From positions 496,001 through 560,000 of the forward strand of contig NW_026250411.1 in NCBI RefSeq assembly GCF_024521635.1: 64,000 nt of DNA. Direction: 5' to 3'. The DNA comes from Tricharina praecox (taxonomy: Eukaryota). The translations under genes and the position numbers were made by a program. The notes beneath the pieces are model-generated. The model worked only from the letters and a program-made list of their open reading frames with translations, had not been told where the DNA came from and did not search any database. Below, in pieces: positions 60,442 to 64,000 of this stretch. How positions within the stretch are numbered: position 1 is the stretch's first letter; every line of letters begins with the position of its first letter.

Positions 60442-62423
60442 ATGGCTCTCCCACGTGCGCACCCCCCTAAACCTCGCCCGTACACCGCAACAGACACTAA
60501 CCCGACAATAGTTCCGCTTCGCTCAACACGGATTCTCAAACTCCTTCCGTTCCTCTCAATCCTCTGCGTCCTCGTCGGCGTAACATGGCTGCTCCTACTC
60601 CCACTCGACGAATACTCCCGGAACACCTACATCTCCGAAAACGCACTCCTCCCCGGAGGTGTCCACACGTACTTCGCGGGCTCCGAACAGAATGTCTTCC
60701 GCGCATACCGACATGAGGTCAAGGTGCTGAGGAATGCTACGAATGATGAGATGGTGAACGTGATTGGCGGCATTTTCAAGGGACAGGGTCTCAAGGTGGC
60801 TACGCAGAAGTTCCGGTATGAGGCCGGAGGTGAGGTGAGATCTGTCCGGAACGTTATATTGTAGCCGGTAGCCTAATATGTCTGTTTGCTTAGGTATACG
60901 AGGGCGAGAACGTATATGCAGTCCTTGAAGCGCCTCGAGGAGACGCCACGGAGGCCGTAGTGCTCGTGGCACCATGGATCAACGGTGAAGACCAGCTGAA
61001 TCAGAGCGGCGTTGCGCTGGTAATGGCTCTCGCGCGGTACTTTAAGCGATGGTCACTCTGGTCCAAAGACGTGATATTCCTGATCACCTCTGACGCGCGC
61101 GCTGGCCCGCAAGCCTGGGTTGACGCTTACCACAATACGCACTCCTCGAATGTCGCCAGTCTCCCGTTAACCTCCGGTGCTATTCAAGGCGTCGTGGTGC
61201 TCGACTACCCCACCACCAATCCCTGGGACCGCATCCACGTCGTCTACGACGGCGTCAACGGCCAGCTTCCGAACTTGGACCTCTTCAATACCGCCGTACA
61301 CATCTCCGGCCACCAGATGGGCGTGCGCGCTAGTCTTCAGGAGATGTTCGCGCACTCGGACTCCTACGAGGACAGACTACGGACTATGCTCCGGGGGATG
61401 GTTAACCAGGGGTTAGGACATGCAACGGGTCCTCACAGCAGCTTCATTCCGTACCATATCGATGCTATTACCCTACAGGTTAGCGGGATCGGACAGCATG
61501 ATGAAGTCACCATGGGAAGAATCCTCGAGAGCTTGTTCAGGAGTTTGAACAACCTCTTGGAGCACTTTCATCAGAGTTTTTTCTTCTACCTGCTGCTGGC
61601 ACCAAAGAAGTTTGTCAGTATTGGAACGTATCTACCCAGTGCTATGCTCATCGCGGTCAATTTTACGATTACAGCGATTGGATTGTGGATTCAGAGTGGG
61701 CAGAGACCGTCCAAAGAACCGGTAGAGGAGGCCATTGTGTCTGAGGAGAAGCAGGCCGATAGCAAGAGCAACTCGGATGAGAAGGAAGCCCTCCTCAAGA
61801 TCTTGCCCGTCTCCGTAACAACAGACGAACACGAACGCCACCTCGTCCTACCTATCGCATTCATCCTCTTCGTCCACTTCCTCGGCTTCATACCTCTCTA
61901 CGTCTTCAACACTTTTCCCACGCCCACGCTCTCCCCAATCTTCTGCGCATTCACAACCATCTCCCTCGTCCTCCCCTTCTTCCTCTCCTTCATCCTCCAC
62001 ACCCTCTTCAAGCCAACAGTGCAGGACTACACCCTAATCAAATGCTTCTCGCTGCTCATGCTGGGTCTATTCCTCTCAGCCCTCGCAACTCTAAACTTCT
62101 CGCTCAGCTTCCTAATCGGATTGTTTTCCACGCCCTTCACGTTTGCCGCTCCGCAGCAGAAATCGAAATGGTGGTTGGCGGTGCTGATGGAAATCGCGCT
62201 GCACGCGTTGGCACCGACGACCGCGCTGGTGGGCGTCGCCGTGTACTGGAGAGAGGATCTTTCGAGGATCCTGGCTGAGGCCGCGTTTGGGTGGGCAGTC
62301 TGGGGCATGTGGACGCAGGTAGTCGTGTGGTGTGTTTGGTGGCCCGCGTGGGTCGTTGCTAGGGTTAGTGTGGCGGGAACGTGGTGGGACATGGGGAAGT
62401 CTGTGGAGACGGTGAAGCGGTAG
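60442..62423 (+). CDS. GAA1: GPI transamidase component Gaa1
   Basis: Exons 60442-60454, 60512-60834, 60894-62423. TYISENALLPG, APRGDATEA, WSKDVIFL, NGQLPNLDL, RSLNNLLEHFHQSFFFY, multiple C-terminal transmembrane helices. Confidence 0.96.
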
Positions 62424-62666
62424 TGACGGATGGGTGGGATTTCATATAATACTCTTATCGATCGATCTTGTTTATAGAGCTGGCGGAATACCCTTTGCGG
62501 ATGTGCATACGTTGTAGAGATGGCTTAGATAATCACAAAAGCTGGCATCCTTCGTCAAGACTCACATTATGAGCAGGACATGAGCACAATTGTGGCAAAA
62601 GCACTGCCTGTTCGACTGGATTGCAGAATCCCGTATCGCATTATGACTAGACAGAACCACGCATAT

Positions 62667-64000
62667 CTACTCATCGACTACACCTGGAGCCTTGGCACTC
62701 ATCTGCCTTGCCTTCAACAGCTCGTCGCAGAGCAATAAATTGCTGGCAATACCGGCCGCACTGGCAATCGAGTTCCTGAGCACCCTGAAGGAGTCGTAGA
62801 CACCAGCAGCAACAGGGTCCATGGGCTCTCCGGTGGTCAGGTCGATTCCAACAACGTTTCCTTCGGCCTGCTCGTCCTGGAGGGCAGTCACTGAGGTGCT
62901 CAATCTCATTAGTAATGATCATGTATAGTTATTTTGTACTTGGAGGAAGCTTACGGGAGTCCTGGATGTCGAAACCACCGTTCGCCGCCAGAGTCTTGGG
63001 GATGACGAGGAGGGCGTCGGCGAATGCCTGAACAGCCATTCTTGGCTTTCCCTTGATCTGCTTGCGCACGTTCTCGCTGATGAGGTGTGCGTGGCAGGCG
63101 ACCTGGAATGCACCGGCTCCGGGAACTACCGAGCCGTCGACAATCATGTTGTAAACACTTCGGAGACCGTCACGGACGGCATCCTGGATCTGGTTGATGG
63201 TGTGTGTGTTGGGGCCCTTGATCATGATAGTGACAGACTTGGCCTCTTTGACGTCCTCCTGTACCGGTGGTTAGAAGGAGGTGCGCCGGACGTACGGGAG
63301 GTTCGGACTTACAATGAAGGTGTACTTCTCCTCTCCGAGGGTGTGTTCGTAAACCTTTCCAGCCCAACCCAAGACTTCGGGTGTTAAGTCCTCGACAGAG
63401 TTCTGGGAGACACCACCACAGATCAATTGCAGCCGCTCCATGTTTCTCCTCTTCGCCCGTCGCAGAGCAAGGATGCCGTTCTTGCTCAGCACGTCCAAGC
63501 TCAGCGGGTCGATACCCTTCTGGTTGATGATAACGAAGCCTTTGCTAGGGTCGTCTCCGCACACCTGCTTCTTCAGCTCCACGATCTTCCTCAGCTTTTC
63601 ATCCACGAATCTCCTCTCGCTCTCAACAAGCTTCTCTCTCTGCTCGGCTGAAGAGTAGAAGAACCCAGAGTTGACTTCAGTCTTCTCGTACTCGAGGGAA
63701 ACGTTGAGGGTAAGGATGAAAGCGTTGTCGACTCTCCTGGGCATGTCGGGGTGGCGGGCGCCGTGGTCGAGGGCAAGGCCGCGGATCAACAGCGTCTCCG
63801 AAGCGGTCCGGTGCTGCATCTTCATAATCTCGATCATGTGTAGGTCGGGTTTAGCGGGAGCATTGTAGATGGCGAGAACGGCATCGACAATCGAGGGTGT
63901 CAGGGCTTCGGCGAGAGTCTTGTCGAGCTTGGTGGAGAGCGAGGTGCGGGCAACGCAGAGGAGCAGTTCACGATCGGGCTCTTTCTCAATTTTGAAATCA
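62667..64000 (-). CDS. CCT6: T-complex protein 1 subunit zeta (partial; 5' end outside window)
   Basis: Exons >64000-63313, 63258-62955, 62890-62667. [66 protein letters not shown]. Confidence 0.97.

Overview
Intron-containing fungal (filamentous ascomycete, Pezizomycotina-like) genomic DNA. Long low-complexity intergenic regions dominate 1-21 kb, 29-34 kb and 37-48 kb, separated by gene-dense blocks. Protein genes assembled across introns by hand: group I G-alpha, a 78-aa microprotein, a flavin amine oxidase, SDE2, a DUF167/YggU protein, PCC1, CDC14, a Ser/Pro-rich conserved fungal protein, an uncharacterised conserved fungal protein, a 117-aa hydrophilic protein with a non-canonical intron donor, a mitochondrial carrier with a 10-nt microexon, REX3, DBP10, CFT2, GAA1 and partial CCT6. 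RNA genes: three identical tRNA-Lys(CTT), one tRNA-Gln(TTG) whose 60-nt intron is a near-perfect hairpin, and an intronic snR71-like C/D snoRNA. Also present: an internally deleted hAT transposon (TIRs plus a frameshifted dimerisation domain) and a hierarchical repeat array abutting a tRNA. The most novel-looking item is an unidentified, highly structured ~200-280 nt minus-strand element ending in a T9 tract (about 12075-12290), divergent from the tRNA-Gln gene. All family assignments come from motif recognition; no database search was run.
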